Part shown: piece after piece, positions 36,921 to 50,019 of the stretch
How positions within the stretch are numbered: position 1 is the first letter of the stretch
Layout: each line of letters starts with the position of its first letter
Program-made: the position numbers and the translations under genes
Source: Leucoraja ocellata
Taxonomy: Eukaryota
Direction: 5' to 3'
Length of the DNA: 64,000 nt
Assembly: GCA_036785375.1 (NCBI GenBank)
Contig: JAWMAR010000175.1
Coordinates: 2,976,001-3,040,000 of the forward strand
The notes under the pieces: generated by a model
The model's database searches: none
Told to the model about the DNA's origin: nothing
The model's input: only the letters and a program-made list of their open reading frames with translations

Positions 36921-37486
36921 GTTTAAGAAGGAACTGCAGATGCTGGAAAATCGAAGGTAGATAAAAATGCTGGAGAAACTCAGCGGGTGCAGCAGCATCT
37001 ATGGAGCGAAGGAAATAGGCAACGTTTCGGGCCGAAACCCAAAGGGTTTCGGCCCGAAACGTTGCCTATTTCCTTGTGTAAAATCATCCACATATTTTAT
37101 TAACGTACTTTCTAAGGGTATGCCTTCCAAATCTGCCTTTAATATCTGATTGAAGACATGGGGTGAGTGTTTGAATCCCTGCGGCATCCTAGTATAGGTG
37201 TATTGAGTACCTCTACAGGTAAAACCAAACAAATACTGACCTTGCTCTGCTAAGGGTACAGTGAAGAATGCGTAGGGTGGGGGGGGGGGGGGGGAGCGGG
37301 AGGAAGAAAGGAAGAGGAGCCAGAGGGTTGAGGGAGAGCTGACCCACCCTACATCAGTCTGAGGAAGGGTTTCAGCCCAAAACGTTGCCTATTTCCTTCC
37401 CTCCATAGATTCTGCTGCACCCGCTGAGTTTCTCCAGCATTTTTATCTACCTTCGATTTTCCAGCATCTGCAGTTCCTTCTTAAAC
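36921..37486. mobile_element. Composite Penelope family B insert enclosing a foreign fragment
   Basis: Outer ends GTTTAAGAAGGAAC ... GTTCCTTCTTAAAC inverted; several internal orientation switches. Confidence 0.85.
37081..37272 (-). pseudogene. pol: Orphan endogenous-retrovirus reverse-transcriptase core fragment
   Basis: AFFTVPLAEQGQYLFGFTCRGTQYTYTRMPQGFKHSPHVFNQILKADLEGIPLESTLIKYVDD: AFF, PQG..SP and YVDD motifs with retroviral spacing. Confidence 0.88.
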
Positions 37487-37624
37487 ATGATGGAGTAACT
37501 CGGCAGGTCAGGCTCTGGAGACAAAGGATAGGTGTCCGTATTCTCCAGAGATGCTGCCTGAGCCACTGAGTTACTCCAAACTTTCTTTGCTGGAGCAGGC
37601 GTGGTGATACGGTGCATGGGGAGT

Positions 37625-38312
37625 GAGGGTGTGAGGCCCACTCACCATCAACAACACCATAGTCACATCTGTGGAGTCATTTAACTTGCTTGGAACCATC
37701 ATCTCCAAGGACCTTAAATGGGGGGCCACCATCGACTCCACAGTCAAAAAGGCCCAACAGAGGATGTACTTCCTGCAGCAGCTGAGAAAACACAATCTGC
37801 CACAGGTAATGATGGTCCAATTCTACACGGCCATCGTAGAGTCTGTCCTCGCCTTCTCCATCATGGTCTGGTTTGGCTCAGCCACCAAGCACGACACCTG
37901 GAGGCTGCAGCGAATCGTCCAATCAGCAGAGAAGGTTATTGGCTGCAACCTTCCCTCCATTGACGAACTGTACACTGCAAGGGCCAGGAAGCGAGTGGGT
38001 AAGATCATCTCTGACCTCTCTCACCCTGGCCACAAACTCTTTGAATCACTTCCCTCTGGAAGGCGACTCCGGACTGTCAAAGCCACCACAGCCAGACATA
38101 AAAACAGCTTTTTTTCCACGAGCAGTAGCTCCACTCAACAACAAAGTCTGTAGCCTCCTTTTGCTCTGGTATTTTATTTCATTCTTCACATGTGTAAATT
38201 ATAACGTATTATTTTTACTGTATATCGCGTTGTACTTGCGAGCAAAGCACCAAGGCAAATTCATTGTATGTGTACATACTTGGCTAATAGCATTTATTCA
38301 ATTCAATTCAAT
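37625..38312 (+). mobile_element. Rex1/Babar-type LINE 3' fragment
   Basis: VESF.LLGTIISKDLKW...KKAQQRMYFL...SHPGH.LF..LPSGRRLR; (ATTCA)n tail. Confidence 0.85.
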
Positions 38313-38744
38313 TTTCAGCACATCAGCCTGTGGTATGTGAGCTCCATGAGACACTGTTTGAAGTGCATAGACAGCCAGCCAGCACTGTCCTCCTGCAGAT
38401 CTAGTTTAGCTTACTTTACAGATACAGGCTCTTCAACCCACCGAGTCCTTGCCGACCACAGATCACCCAAACACTGGACTATCGCACCGTGGCAGGTCTC
38501 AGTGAAACGTCCTCGGGGCAACGCAACGCTTTACGTGCGATGGCAAGCTGAACGTGGACGGTATGGGGTCCCTCGCAGGCTACCATCGTGCCGCGAGCAC
38601 TCTGGGTGCAACTGATGCCAGCCTGCAACGGAGGAGCTGCCCCAAGCACCACGTGGTCCGAGAGTGCCAACACTGGTGGTGAGCTCCATGGGACACCGCA
38701 CCAGGGGCTGCCTGGAGCTGGGGGACCCTGGACTCTCATCGTTA

Positions 38745-39325
38745 CACAGAGAAGATTCGCACGGATGTTGCCAAGGACCCCTGCTACACGAACAATGTCA
38801 GGAACAACTCTGGAAAGAGGGCAGACAAGATTTACGGGAATGTTGCCAGGACCTGAGTGCCTGAGCTACAAGGGAGAGGTTGGGCCAGTTGGGACTTTGT
38901 GGAAATGTGTCTGCTCTCAAAATCAGTGACATTACTGTTAAAAGTGTCCAATATATGAAATGAAACAGACAATGGTGGAGAACAGGATGAAGAGGGTGAT
39001 CTTGGAGAGGTGTATAAAATCTAGAGAGGAATAGACAAGCTGAATGCACAGAGTCTTTTACCCAGAGTAAGGGAATAGGTGAGGAGAAAGATTCAATAGA
39101 AAATTGAGAGTCAACTTTTCCACACAAAGGGTGGTGGGTGTATGGAACGAGCTGCCAGAGGAGGTAGTTGAGGCAGGGACTATATTACAACATTTAAGAG
39201 ATTTGGATAGGTACATGGATAGGAAAGGTTCGGACGGATATGGGCCAAACGCGGGCAGGTGGGACTAGTTTAGATGGGACATGTTGGTTAGTATGGACGA
39301 GTTGGGCCAAAGGGCCAGTCTCCTT
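38745..39325 (+). mobile_element. Old CR1-type LINE fragments
   Basis: QRRFARMLP and RFTGMLPG remnants, typical 3' UTR. Confidence 0.65.
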
Positions 39326-39859
39326 GGCTAAGAATCTACAACAACAGCCAGACTCTACAACTCCCTGGATTGGCCCAGTGGTGAAGTTGAGGTGATGGTC
39401 GGATCCCTGGCAACATCACGGTGGTCTTTGTCTAGAAGATCCAGCGGCACCTGTAGTGAACACCTGCGATGCACGAGAAGCAGCAAGCTGTAAACTACAC
39501 GGCGGGCAACGCCAGCCATGAGACGCCAGCATGCGCGGGCCTGAGCTGCAGGGAGAGGCTGGGCAGGCTAGGAAACAGCGTCCGTCCATTCCCTCCGCAG
39601 ATGCGGGCAGACCCACCGAGTTCCTCCAGCTCTTGGTGTTTTGCATAATTGTCAACTGGCCTCAGTGTGGAATTTGTCAGACGCTCCCTACACGACCACA
39701 ATGACTGCACGGCTAAACGTTCATCATTGCTGAGGCACGGTGAGGGGGTTCCACTCTTGTAAAAGTCATCTCGTCTTGTTTCAATAATGAGTTTCAGGTA
39801 ACCCACAAAACCTACACAAACCATGCTCAGCTCAGCTCAGCTCCTGGCAAAATAGAATG

Positions 39860-40722
39860 TAGAACATAGAAACATAGACAATAGGTGCAGGAGGAGGCCA
39901 TTCGGCCCTTTGAGCCAGCACCGCCATTCATTGTGATCATGGCTGATCATCCCCAATCAGTAACCCATGCCTGCCTTCTCCCCATGTCCCTTGATTCTAC
40001 TAGCCCCTAGAGCTCTAACTAACTAAATGCATTTTGTTGTCTTTGTACTGTACACTGACAATGACAATTAAAATTGAAGCTGAATCTGAATCTGAACTCT
40101 TATGAATTCATCCAGTGATTTGGCCTCCACTGCCCTCTGTGGCAGGGAATTCCACAAATTCACAACTCTCTGGGTGAAAACGTTTTTTTCCCATCTCAGT
40201 TTTAAATGGCTGCCCCTTTATTCTTAGACTGTGGCCCCTGGTTCTGGACTCGCCCAACATTGGGAACATTTTCCCTGCATCTAGCTTGTCCAGTCCCTTT
40301 ATAATTTTATATGTTTCTATAAGATCCCCCTCATCCTTCTAAACTCCAGTGAATACAAGCCCAGTTTTTCCAACCTTTCCTCATATGATAGTCCCGCCAT
40401 CTCGGAGATTAACCTCATCAACCTACGCTGCACTGCCTCAATAGCAAGGATGTCCTTCCTCAAATTAGCAGACCACAACTGCACACAATACTCCAGATGT
40501 GGTCTCACCAGGGCCCTGTACAACTGCAGAAGGACCTATTTACTCCTATACTGAAATCCTCTTGTTATGAAGGCCAACATGCCATTAGCTTTCTTCACTG
40601 CCTGCTGTACCTGCATGTTTACTTTCAGTGACAGGTGTACAAGGATGCCCAGGTCTCGTTGCACCTCCCTTTTTCCAAATCTGACACCTTGAGATAATAA
40701 TCTGCCTCCTTGTTCTTGCCAC
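39860..40722 (-). mobile_element. CR1/HER1 LINE 3' fragment
   Basis: RDLGILVH...VKKANGML...[12 protein letters not shown]; short foreign tail inserted at ~40020-40095. Confidence 0.88.
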
Positions 40723-41304
40723 ATAGAACAGTACAGCATAGGAACAGGCCCTTCGGCCCACAATATCCGTGCTGAACACTAATTATCTACTTGCACATAT
40801 CCTCCATTCCCTGCAACACTTGTGCCTATCCAAAAGCCTCTTAAATGCCTTAGAAAGCTTCAGAAGTTTGGCATTTTATCAGGATGCATCACAGCATGGT
40901 TTGGGAACGGCTCCACCCAAGACCGCAAGGAATTGCAGAGAATTGTGGATGCAGCTCAGACCATCACACAAACCAACCTACTGACTCTATTTACCCCTCG
41001 TGCTGTCTCGGCAAGGCCAGCAGCATAATCAAGGACGAGCCGCACCCTGGCCACTCCCTCTCCGGGCAAAAGGTACAGTAGTGTGACAACGCACACCTCC
41101 AGATTCAGGGGCAGTTTCTTCCCAGCTGTTATCATGCAACAGAACCATCCTACTGCATTTCGAGAGCTGCCTCTAACTCATCGGAGACCCTCGGACTATC
41201 TTTGATTGGACTTTACATGCTTTATCTTGCACTAGACATTATTCATGTTATTCCCTTTATCACTGTGGATGGCTCGATTGTAATCATGTATTGTCTTTTC
41301 ACTT

Positions 41305-41755
41305 TCCAGCACGGAATCAGGCCCTTCATCCCACCTTGTCCATGCTGACCAAGTTGCTCGTCCAATTATCGGACATTGAGCCTGTACCACATGAAACCCT
41401 TCCCATTCATATATCGATACTGATGTACTTTCATTCTTGTAAATGTATCCGCTTCCTCAGGCAACTCGTTCCAGATATGGATTACACCCTCTGAGTGAAA
41501 AAATTGCCCTGATGTATCTCTTAAATCTCTCCACTCTCGCCTTAAGCCTGTGCCCTCTAGTTTTAGAATCCTCTACCGTGGGAAAAGCACTGTGAGTGTT
41601 CACTTTATCCGTGCCCCTCATGATCTTGTACACCTCAATAGGGTCGCCCCTCAGCCTCCTACGATCCAAAGAAGAATGTCCCAGCCTATCCAACCTCCAG
41701 GTATAACTCAAGCCCGCAAGCCCAGGTAACATCCTGGTGAATCTCTTCTGCACCC
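41305..41755 (-). mobile_element. CR1-type LINE fragment
   Basis: QKRFTRMLPGLAGLSY...KTRGHRLK. Confidence 0.8.
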
Positions 41756-42017
41756 CGTTGCATCATTTTTCACAATGTTCATAAACATTTGCACCATCAT
41801 TTCAAAATATCCCTTTTGGCATGAACTGATGAAATAAAATAGCAAATATTCTCATGAGTTTAACTGAACAGTAACTCTCAGCTGAAGATCGACACAAGAA
41901 ACTGCAGTAACTCAGCGGAACCGGCAACATCTCTGGAGAAAAGGAATAGGTTCAGGTTAAGACTTTTCTTCAGACTCTGAGTCTATTTCTTGAGAAGATT
42001 ACAGAGAGTCGGTTTGT

Positions 42018-42760
42018 CAAGGAGGACTCTCTCGAACTTCTACAGGTGCACAGTAGAGAACATGCTGACCGGTTGCATCGTGGCTTGGTTCGGCAACTTG
42101 AGCGCCCTGGAGAGGAAGAGACTGCAAAAAGTTGTACACACTGCCTAGTCCATCATCGGCTCTGACCTCCCTACCATCGAGGGGATCTATCACAGTCGCT
42201 GCCTCAAAAAGGCTGGCAGCATCATCAAGGACCCACACCATCCTGGCCACACACTCATCTCTCCGCTGCCATCGGGTAGAAAGTACAGGAGCCTGAAATC
42301 TGCAACATCCAGGTTCAGGAATAGCTACTTCCCCACAGCCATCAGACTATTAAACACTACTTCAAACAAACTCTGAACTATAACAACCTACTGCAATTTA
42401 TCTTCAAGAAGGAACTGCAGATGCTGCAAAATCGAAAAATGCTGGATGGAAGAAGGGTTTCGGTCCGAAACGTTGCCTATTTCCTTCGCTCCATAGATGC
42501 TGCCTCACCCACTGAGTTTCTCCAGCATTTTTGTCTACCTTCGATTTTCCAGCATCTGCAGTTCCTTCTTAAACTTTTAGTCTACCTTGCACTCTATCTG
42601 TTTATTTATGTGTGTGTTTATATAATATCTATGGTTATATGGACACACTGATCTGTTCTGTATTCATGCCTACAATATCCTGTTGTGCTGCAGCATGCAA
42701 GAATTTTGTTGTCCTATCTGGGACACATTACAATAAACTCTCTTGACTTGACTTGACTTG
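42018..42760 (+). mobile_element. Rex1-type LINE 3' fragment with nested Penelope family B insert (42405-42573)
   Basis: FYRCTVENMLTGCIVAWFGN...IIKDPHHPGH..LPSGR; (TTGAC)n tail. Confidence 0.8.
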
Positions 42761-43427
42761 AGTGAAATTACATTGTTATGTGCTATAAAGTTGCCAGGGT
42801 TAAACGGGACAAAAAAAGTTGTGAATCCCTGCTCTACATTCTTGTCCAAGCCATTTACAACAAAGTCCCACTATTCCGTGTCACACTTTTAAAAGCTTCA
42901 TTACACCAAACTCTTCAACGAGATATTTGACCATCTCCTAACTTATTTATGTCCAGTCTCTTCTTGTACTAGCACCATAGGATGTTGTGCATCTTTGGAA
43001 GCATTATGCAGATGCATTCTTTAGAACTAAATCTTGCAAAAGTCACTAATATTAATTCAATGGCTTTCTGTGAAATTCCCCAGTTTCGTATCAGTTAAAA
43101 AAACGTTCGGGCAAGTCTTGGAGCACCTCGCTATAACGCAGTTGTCGGTGAATAACTTAAACCCCTGGTTATAAACTCTGCATGTTTTAAATGGAACCTA
43201 TTTCTGTCTTGAGGATGTGAGTTGTATCTGAAATTACCCAACAAAATGCACTGTATCGGAGTTATGTGTTCATTCAGTGAATCCATCATTGCCAAAATTC
43301 CATCTCTGTATTAATGAGCTAAAGATTACAATAGTGAGCTGGTAACTACATGGATGACCATCCTTACATTACATAAACCATGTACACTTTAGCTAACACA
43401 TAATTAAGCCTCATTCATTGATTTTGT

Positions 43428-44160
43428 TAAGAAATGTGAGGAAGGACATCCTTGTGATTGAGGCAGTGCAGCGTAGGTTCACGAGATTGATCCCTGGGAT
43501 TGCGGGACTGTCATATGAGGAAGGATTGAAAAGACTAGGCTTGTATTCACTGGAGTTTAGAAGGATGAGGGGGGAATTATAGAAACATAAAATTATAAAA
43601 GGACTGGACAGGCTAGATGCAGGAACAATGTTCCCAATGTTGTGCGAGTCCAGAACCAGGGGCCACAGCCTTAGAATAAGGGGGAGGCCATTTAAGACTG
43701 AGGTGAGAAAAAACGTTTTCACCCAGAGAGTTGTGAATTTGTGGAATTCCCTGCCACAGAGGGCAGTGGAGGCCAAGTCACTGGATGGATTTAAGAGAGA
43801 ATTATGCCCCTGTCCCACTTAGGAAACCTGAACGGAAACCTCTGGAGACTTTGCGCCCCACCCAAGGTTTCCGTGCGGTTCCCGGAGGTTTTTGCCAGTC
43901 TCTCTACCTGCTTCCACTACCTGCAACCTCCGGCAACCACCTGCAACCTCCGGGAACCGCACAGAAACCTTGGGTGGGGCGCAAAGTCTCCAGAGGTTTC
44001 CGTTCAGGTTTCCTAAGTGGGACAGGGGCATAAGATAGAGATCTAGGGGCTAGTGGAGTCAAGGGATATGGGGAGAAGGCCTGCACGGGTTATTGATTGG
44101 ACCATGATCACATGCTGGCTCGAAGGGCTGAATGGCCTCCTCCTGCACCTATTTTCTATG
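43428..44160 (+). mobile_element. CR1/HER1 LINE 3' fragment interrupted by a MITE
   Basis: TRGHSLRIRGRPFKTEVRK...FKREL | DR.LGASG continues after 44030. Confidence 0.9.
43805..44030. mobile_element. Young near-perfect foldback MITE (Harbinger-type)
   Basis: ~85-bp inverted arms TGCCCCTGTCCCACTTAGG...; flanks TTA/TAA. Confidence 0.92.
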
Positions 44161-44872
44161 TCTAAGTGAAACCCTCAATGTTTGAAATTTGTTCTTTAAA
44201 ATAAAATGTGTCTGGTTAATAAAATAAGTCCAAATGTTGAATACTGAGTGGAATCAATGAATGATGTTAGCCCTCAAGATAATGTTGTTAACTGGAATAA
44301 ACTGTGCTGTAATCAAGCAGTGATAGACGTTGGTGATGTCGCTCAGTCTGGATACCAAGTTCAGTTGATAAAGTGTAAAACTCACAACTTTCCATGGCAA
44401 TGAAACCCACTAAATCAAAGATAACCAGAGATTCTAGTTATAAAGAGTGTAAAAGCTATATATTTAGGATGGTGATGCATTCTATTTCCAAATAGAGATG
44501 GAAGGGAGATATCGTAACTCCCACAGCCAAGATTCTGATTTGGATCACGTTGATTTACTGATACTGATATGCAGCGATATGTAACGGTGACTATTAGTAG
44601 AAAAAGAGCTGAAGATCTTTGTCAGATTCTCAAATATACACTCCCTTTACACCACATCTGAAAGATATTTTTTGCAAGAGAGACTGATACAAACATTACT
44701 ATAAGGCAATGGTTTTGAAATGAAAATCTTTACCTATTTTAAACAGTTGAGAATGAACATACAGCGGGTTTATCCATTTATCAATCAACGTGAAAATAAT
44801 CCTCAAACTTAGTTAATCATCGCTGTAAAAATATGAAAAGCTTTCATGTTCCTTTTGTAAATCATACAAGCC

Positions 44873-45046
44873 GAAGATAGGCACAAAAAGCTGGAGTAAC
44901 TCAGCGGGACAGGCAGCATCTCTGGAGAGAAGGAATGGGTGACGTTTCGGGTTGAGATCCTTCTTCAGACTGAAACGTTACCCATTCCTGCTCTCCAGAG
45001 ATGCTGCCTGTCCCGCTGAGTTACTCCAGCTTTTTGTGTCTATCTT
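44873..45046. mobile_element. Palindromic Penelope-derived insert (family A)
   Basis: AAGATAGGCACAAAAAGCTGGAG ... CTCCAGCTTTTTGTGTCTATCTT inverted about CTTCAGACT-GAAACG. Confidence 0.85.
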
Positions 45047-46277
45047 GGGAAGAAACCGCCCCTGAATCTGGAGATGTGCGTTTTCTTGCCGGATGGGAGA
45101 GGGGAGAAGAGGGAGTGGCCGGGGTGCAACACATCTTTAATTATGCTGCTGGCCTTGTCGAGGCAGCGTGAGGTTTACATGGCTCTATAAAAGGGTTGGT
45201 CTGGGCTGCGTCTACATTTCCCTGATCTCTGATCTCTCCCTCTGTCTCTGCACTCAGCACCAAGTCCAGGGGCATTCCTGGTCACCTTATTTGTATCGAC
45301 CAGCCATAGGTTGAACATTGAGAGTGACCACAACATTGGCAACAAACCTTTAACCTTCACTGAAAAGGTATTCTGTTTTAATACTTAACTAATACTAGTA
45401 TTTATATTGTGTAATTGTATTTAACTAAATTTATAATTAGAGCAAGATAAACCAATATCCAACTCATTACATGAGATCTGTCGATTACAAATAAATAAAT
45501 TAAAGACTTTAATTTTTTTTTAGGATTCCGCATTTTGAAGGAAATAAAAGTCTATTAATTTATTTGTTTTTAAACTCTTTTCTTCCCCATTGGGCAGAGA
45601 ATACAAAGATTTGAACGCACGTATCACGAGACTCAGGAAATGATTGTTCCCTGCTGTTATTACAATATTGAATGGTCCTCCCATAAGCTAGGGTGTAGTC
45701 CCGATCTTCCAATCTACCTCAATGCACACCTTGCACTTTTTCTCTGGAACTGAATGCTATAATGCTGAAAGACTATATTCTGCACTCTGGTATGTTTCTC
45801 TTAACACTGCCTCCTTCCTATCAATATCCTATAAAATGTCAACTAATGCATAATAAAGTTTGCAAAAGCTTGTTGAAACAAACTTTCAGATCCTGCAGTC
45901 AAATGAAAGAAACAGCCAAATGAGAAGCATCCTAATCATTTTAATCCTAAGAAAATTGGAGTGTGTGTGTGTTTTGTGCAGCTCCTACAGCAGCCAACAT
46001 AATTGCAACAAGTTAACAAAAGGAACATTTAAATTAAGTTTTCGAAACATTTCTAAAGTTTGAAGGTTTTGGCAAATTGTAAAGGCATTGTTCTCGAAAC
46101 ACAGACTTCAAACAGAATTACTCAGTGGGTCAGGCAGCATCTCTGGAGGAAAAGGGGTGACGTTTGGGGTCGGGACTAAATTTAAGGAGGGTCCCTTTCC
46201 TTCTCTCCAGAGATGCTGCCTGGCCCGCTGAGTTACTCCAGCATTTTGTGTCTATCCTGGTTTTACAGAGATGTATA

Positions 46278-46662
46278 GGGTGATTTCACCAAATGTCAAA
46301 TTACTTTTGATGAAATTCAGCGAGCAAACGCGATAATTCCCGATATTTTGGATCTTTAAATCTCCACGGCAAATGTCGGCTGTTCACTTCCGCTGTGTTC
46401 TACCTTCAGTTCCCTCTTGTAATTACCTTACTTTCTATCTTTGTTTTTGCCTGAAAATTTAGTTCGCTGTGCTTCACGGTCACCCCGACTAGCACAGAAA
46501 ATTTCAGCTCAAAAATCGTCCGTTTTCCATGTTTTTAACGGGTGGGAAAATGCGTGTTTCCCCATTCACTAACATGTACCGAACTGACATATGTCCTCCA
46601 GTTAAAATTTTCGGTCACGTGAGGGGGGATCTACGCTCATTTGACATTTGGTGAAATCACCC
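46278..46662. mobile_element. MITE with perfect ~24-bp TIRs, superfamily uncertain
   Basis: GGGTGATTTCACCAAATGTCAAAT ... ATTTGACATTTGGTGAAATCACCC, with TATA on both sides. Confidence 0.85.
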
Positions 46663-47685
46663 TATACTTGACTGGCATCACCTGAATAAAGATGAAGAAT
46701 GTTTTTAAGTTCTGACAAGTGGGACAACCACCGATAGGTGGCAGAGAGTCACACTGGGAAATCCGTGGGATGGGAGGGGTGGCAAGCTGCACATGGAAAG
46801 ATGCTTCACTGGGCTGTCATAGACTGTATATGAGTCACAAATGAAATTAAGATCATGTTCCTACCTACAGGTTTTGGTGTTCCCCCAACAACACACACAA
46901 GAAAGTTTCCAAAGTGCAGCAAAAATAGAAATCAACATGAAATTTATCAGCTGGTCTGGCAATAGTCAAATGTTACAGAGAGAGGGCAGGAGAACGGGGT
47001 TGAGAGAGATCAGTCATGATCAAATGGCGGGTTAGTCTCGATGGGCCGAACAGCCTAATTCTACTCCTATGACTTATGAAGATGAACATAGAACAGTACG
47101 GCACAATAACAGCCCACAATGTCCATGCTGAACATGAAGCCAAGATTAACTCTTGTTTGCCTGCGTGTGGTTCAAATCCCCCCATCCCCTGCATGTCCAT
47201 GTGCCTATCCAAAAGCCTCTTAGACACCTCTATGGTATCTGCCTCCACCACCACCCCCAGCAGCACGTTCCAGGCACCCACCGCTCTCTGTGTAAAAAAC
47301 TTGCCCCCCATATCTCCTTTAGACTTTGCCCCTCTCACCTGAAAACTGTACCCTCTAGTTCAGGACTATGCCCTGAAGAAAGGTCTCGACCCAAAATGTC
47401 GCCAATTCCTTCTGTCCAGAGATGCTGCCCGACCCGCTGAGTTACTCCAGCTTTTTGTGCCTATCTTCCCTCTAGTTTATGATTTTCCCACCCTGGGAAA
47501 AAAGCTCCGACTTTCCATCCTATCAATGCATCTCACAATTTTACAAACTTCTCTCAGGTCTCCCTGGTGTTCCAGGGAAAAACAACCTCTCTCTGTAGCC
47601 AAGACCTGCTCATCGCAGCTTTTCTTTGGAAAGGGTTGGAAATGTACAAGATCTTGAGAACGGGGCTGATGAGCCTCCTCCTGTA

Positions 47686-48340
47686 CCATAGAAACATAGA
47701 AACATAGAAAATAGGTGCAGGAGGAGGCCATTCGGCCCTTCGAGCCAGCACCGCCATTCATTGTGATCATGGCTGATCGTCCCCAATCAATAACCCGTGC
47801 CTGCCTTCACCCCATATCCCTTGATTCCACTAGTCCCTAGAGCTCTATCTAACTCTCTCTTAAATCCAGCCAGTGACTTGGCCTCCACTGCCCTCTGTGG
47901 CAGGGAATTCCACAAATTCACAACTCTCTGGGTGAAAAAAGTTTTTCTCACCTCAGCCTTAAATGGCCTCCCCTTTATTCTAAGACTGTGGCCCCTGGTT
48001 CTGGACTGGCCCAACATTGGGAACATTTTTCCTGCATCTAGCTTGTCCAGTCCTTTAATAATTTTATAAGTTTCTATAAGAATCCCCCTCATCCTTCTAA
48101 ACGCCAGTGAATACAAGCCTAGTCTTTCCAATCTTTCCTCATATGACAGTCCCGCCATCCCAGGGATCAATCTCGTGAACCTACGCTGCACTGCCTCAAT
48201 CACAAGGATGTCCTTCCTCAAATTCGGAGACCAAAACTGGACACAATACTCTAGATGTGGTCTCACCAGAGCCCTATACAACTGCAGAAGAACTTCTTTA
48301 CTCCTATACTGAAATCCTCTTGTTGTGAAGGCCAACATTC
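47686..48340 (-). mobile_element. CR1/HER1 LINE 3' fragment
   Basis: Open ORF2 C-terminus 47787-48340. Confidence 0.9.
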
Positions 48341-48408
48341 CAGGCACCAACCAGAGACCAATTTGCAACAGGGATACGCTTGCAGCTAATATTTAAAGTG
48401 AAGTGGAA

Positions 48409-48816
48409 AATAAAACGTTGCAGTCTGCCACAAAACTATTATCTGCTCACATTTCTAACAACTAACTCGGCCATTCTTGCGAGTCACACTCCAAAATGTG
48501 ACCATTGCACTCCAATGAGATTACAGGATTAAGATGTTTTTTTCTTGAGGCTTACATGAATTAATACAAAGGTAGGCACAAAATGCTGGAGTAACTCAGC
48601 GGGTGAGGCAGCATCTCTGGAGAGAAGGAATGGGCGATGTTCGCCCATTCCTTCTCTCCAGAGATGCTGCCTCACCCGCTGAGTTACTCCAGCATTTTGT
48701 GTCTACCTACGATTTAAACCAGCATCTGCAGTTCTTTCTTACACCTGAATGAATGCGTGCCTACCATACGTAATGTACCTTCCATTCTTGAGCCACGTGG
48801 CTTCTGAGGCCTTCGT
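48409..48816 (+). repeat. Source copy of a local duplication (contains palindromic Penelope insert at ~48569-48743)
   Basis: Near-identical to 50224-50537. Confidence 0.9.
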
Positions 48817-48834
48817 TTGTGATAGAAATATTGC

Positions 48835-49287
48835 AACAGTAAATAATTAAAAATAAAACATTATAGTTTAAATTTGTGAATGAAATAAAATAAAATACCA
48901 GATCAAAGGGAGGCTACAGATTTTTGGCTGTTGAGTGGATAAAAACTGTTTTTATGTCTGGCTGTGGCAGCTTTGACAGTCCGGAGTCGCCTTCCAGAGG
49001 GAAGTGATTCAAAGAGTTTGTGGCCAGGGTGAGAGGGGTCAGAGATGATCTTGCCCGCTCGCTTCCTGGCCCTTGCAGTGTACAACTCGTCAATGAAGGG
49101 AAGGTTGCAGCCAACAACCTTCTCAGCTGATCGGGCGATTCGCTGCAGCCTCCGGATGTCGTGCTTGGTGGCTGAGCCAAACCAGACCACGATGGAGAAG
49201 GTGAGGACAGACTCTACGATGGCCGTGTAGAATTGGACCATCATTGCCTGTGGCAGATTGTGTTTCCTCAGCTGCCACAGGAAGTAT
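48835..49287 (-). mobile_element. Rex1/Babar-type LINE fragment
   Basis: Same family as 37625-38312 (VQFYTAIVESVL...DPSHPGH). Confidence 0.85.
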
Positions 49288-50019
49288 GACCTTATGACAT
49301 AGGTTTAAGATGAGAGGGGAAAGATTTAATAGGAACCTGAGGGGCATTTTTTCACACACCGTGGAAATGTGGTATGTGGAACAAGCTGCCAGAGGAGGTA
49401 GTTGAGGCAAGTACTATCCTGGCATTTTAAAGACAGTTGGATAGGCTACTAGATAGAATAGGGCTATGGGCTAAATGCAGGCAGGTGGGACTAGCGTAGA
49501 TAGGGCGTTTTGGTTGGCATGGGCATGTGGGGCCTGTTTCCGTGCTGTACGGCTCTGTGACGTGGACACCAAATCGTCGATCCTTACAACGGTTGATTTC
49601 CCGTTCAAAAACTACAGCGGGCCACAAAATATTTAAACCAGGCAACAGAATCACTTGCACATTGTCTTGAGAGAAATGGTCGGTTGCTCTCAAGGAGCTG
49701 CACAGAAGAACAAAGCACAGTTACGAAGGAACTAAATTTAATAATCAAAGGGTAGCTAAAAATACCTCCTTCATTGATATCACTTCAACTGGTGTCGACT
49801 CAGTCAAACAAGTACAATATTTTCAATATCTTTAATTTGGTTTTAAATCCTGTCATACTTTGTGTAGCGGTTACAAGATTTATTTGTAACGTGGCTTTCT
49901 AAATCTAATTCATACACAATACTCTCCAACAGTAAATATTCACTATAATAAAGTTAAATTATTTTATTTTGGTTCAGAGAATGATTCTGTGTTTTTAATA
50001 ATAATAATAATAATAATAA

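Noticed and set aside
38470-38740. GC-rich unique-looking stretch as structured RNA or exon
   Set aside because: No motif, second copy or splice pair found to support a call
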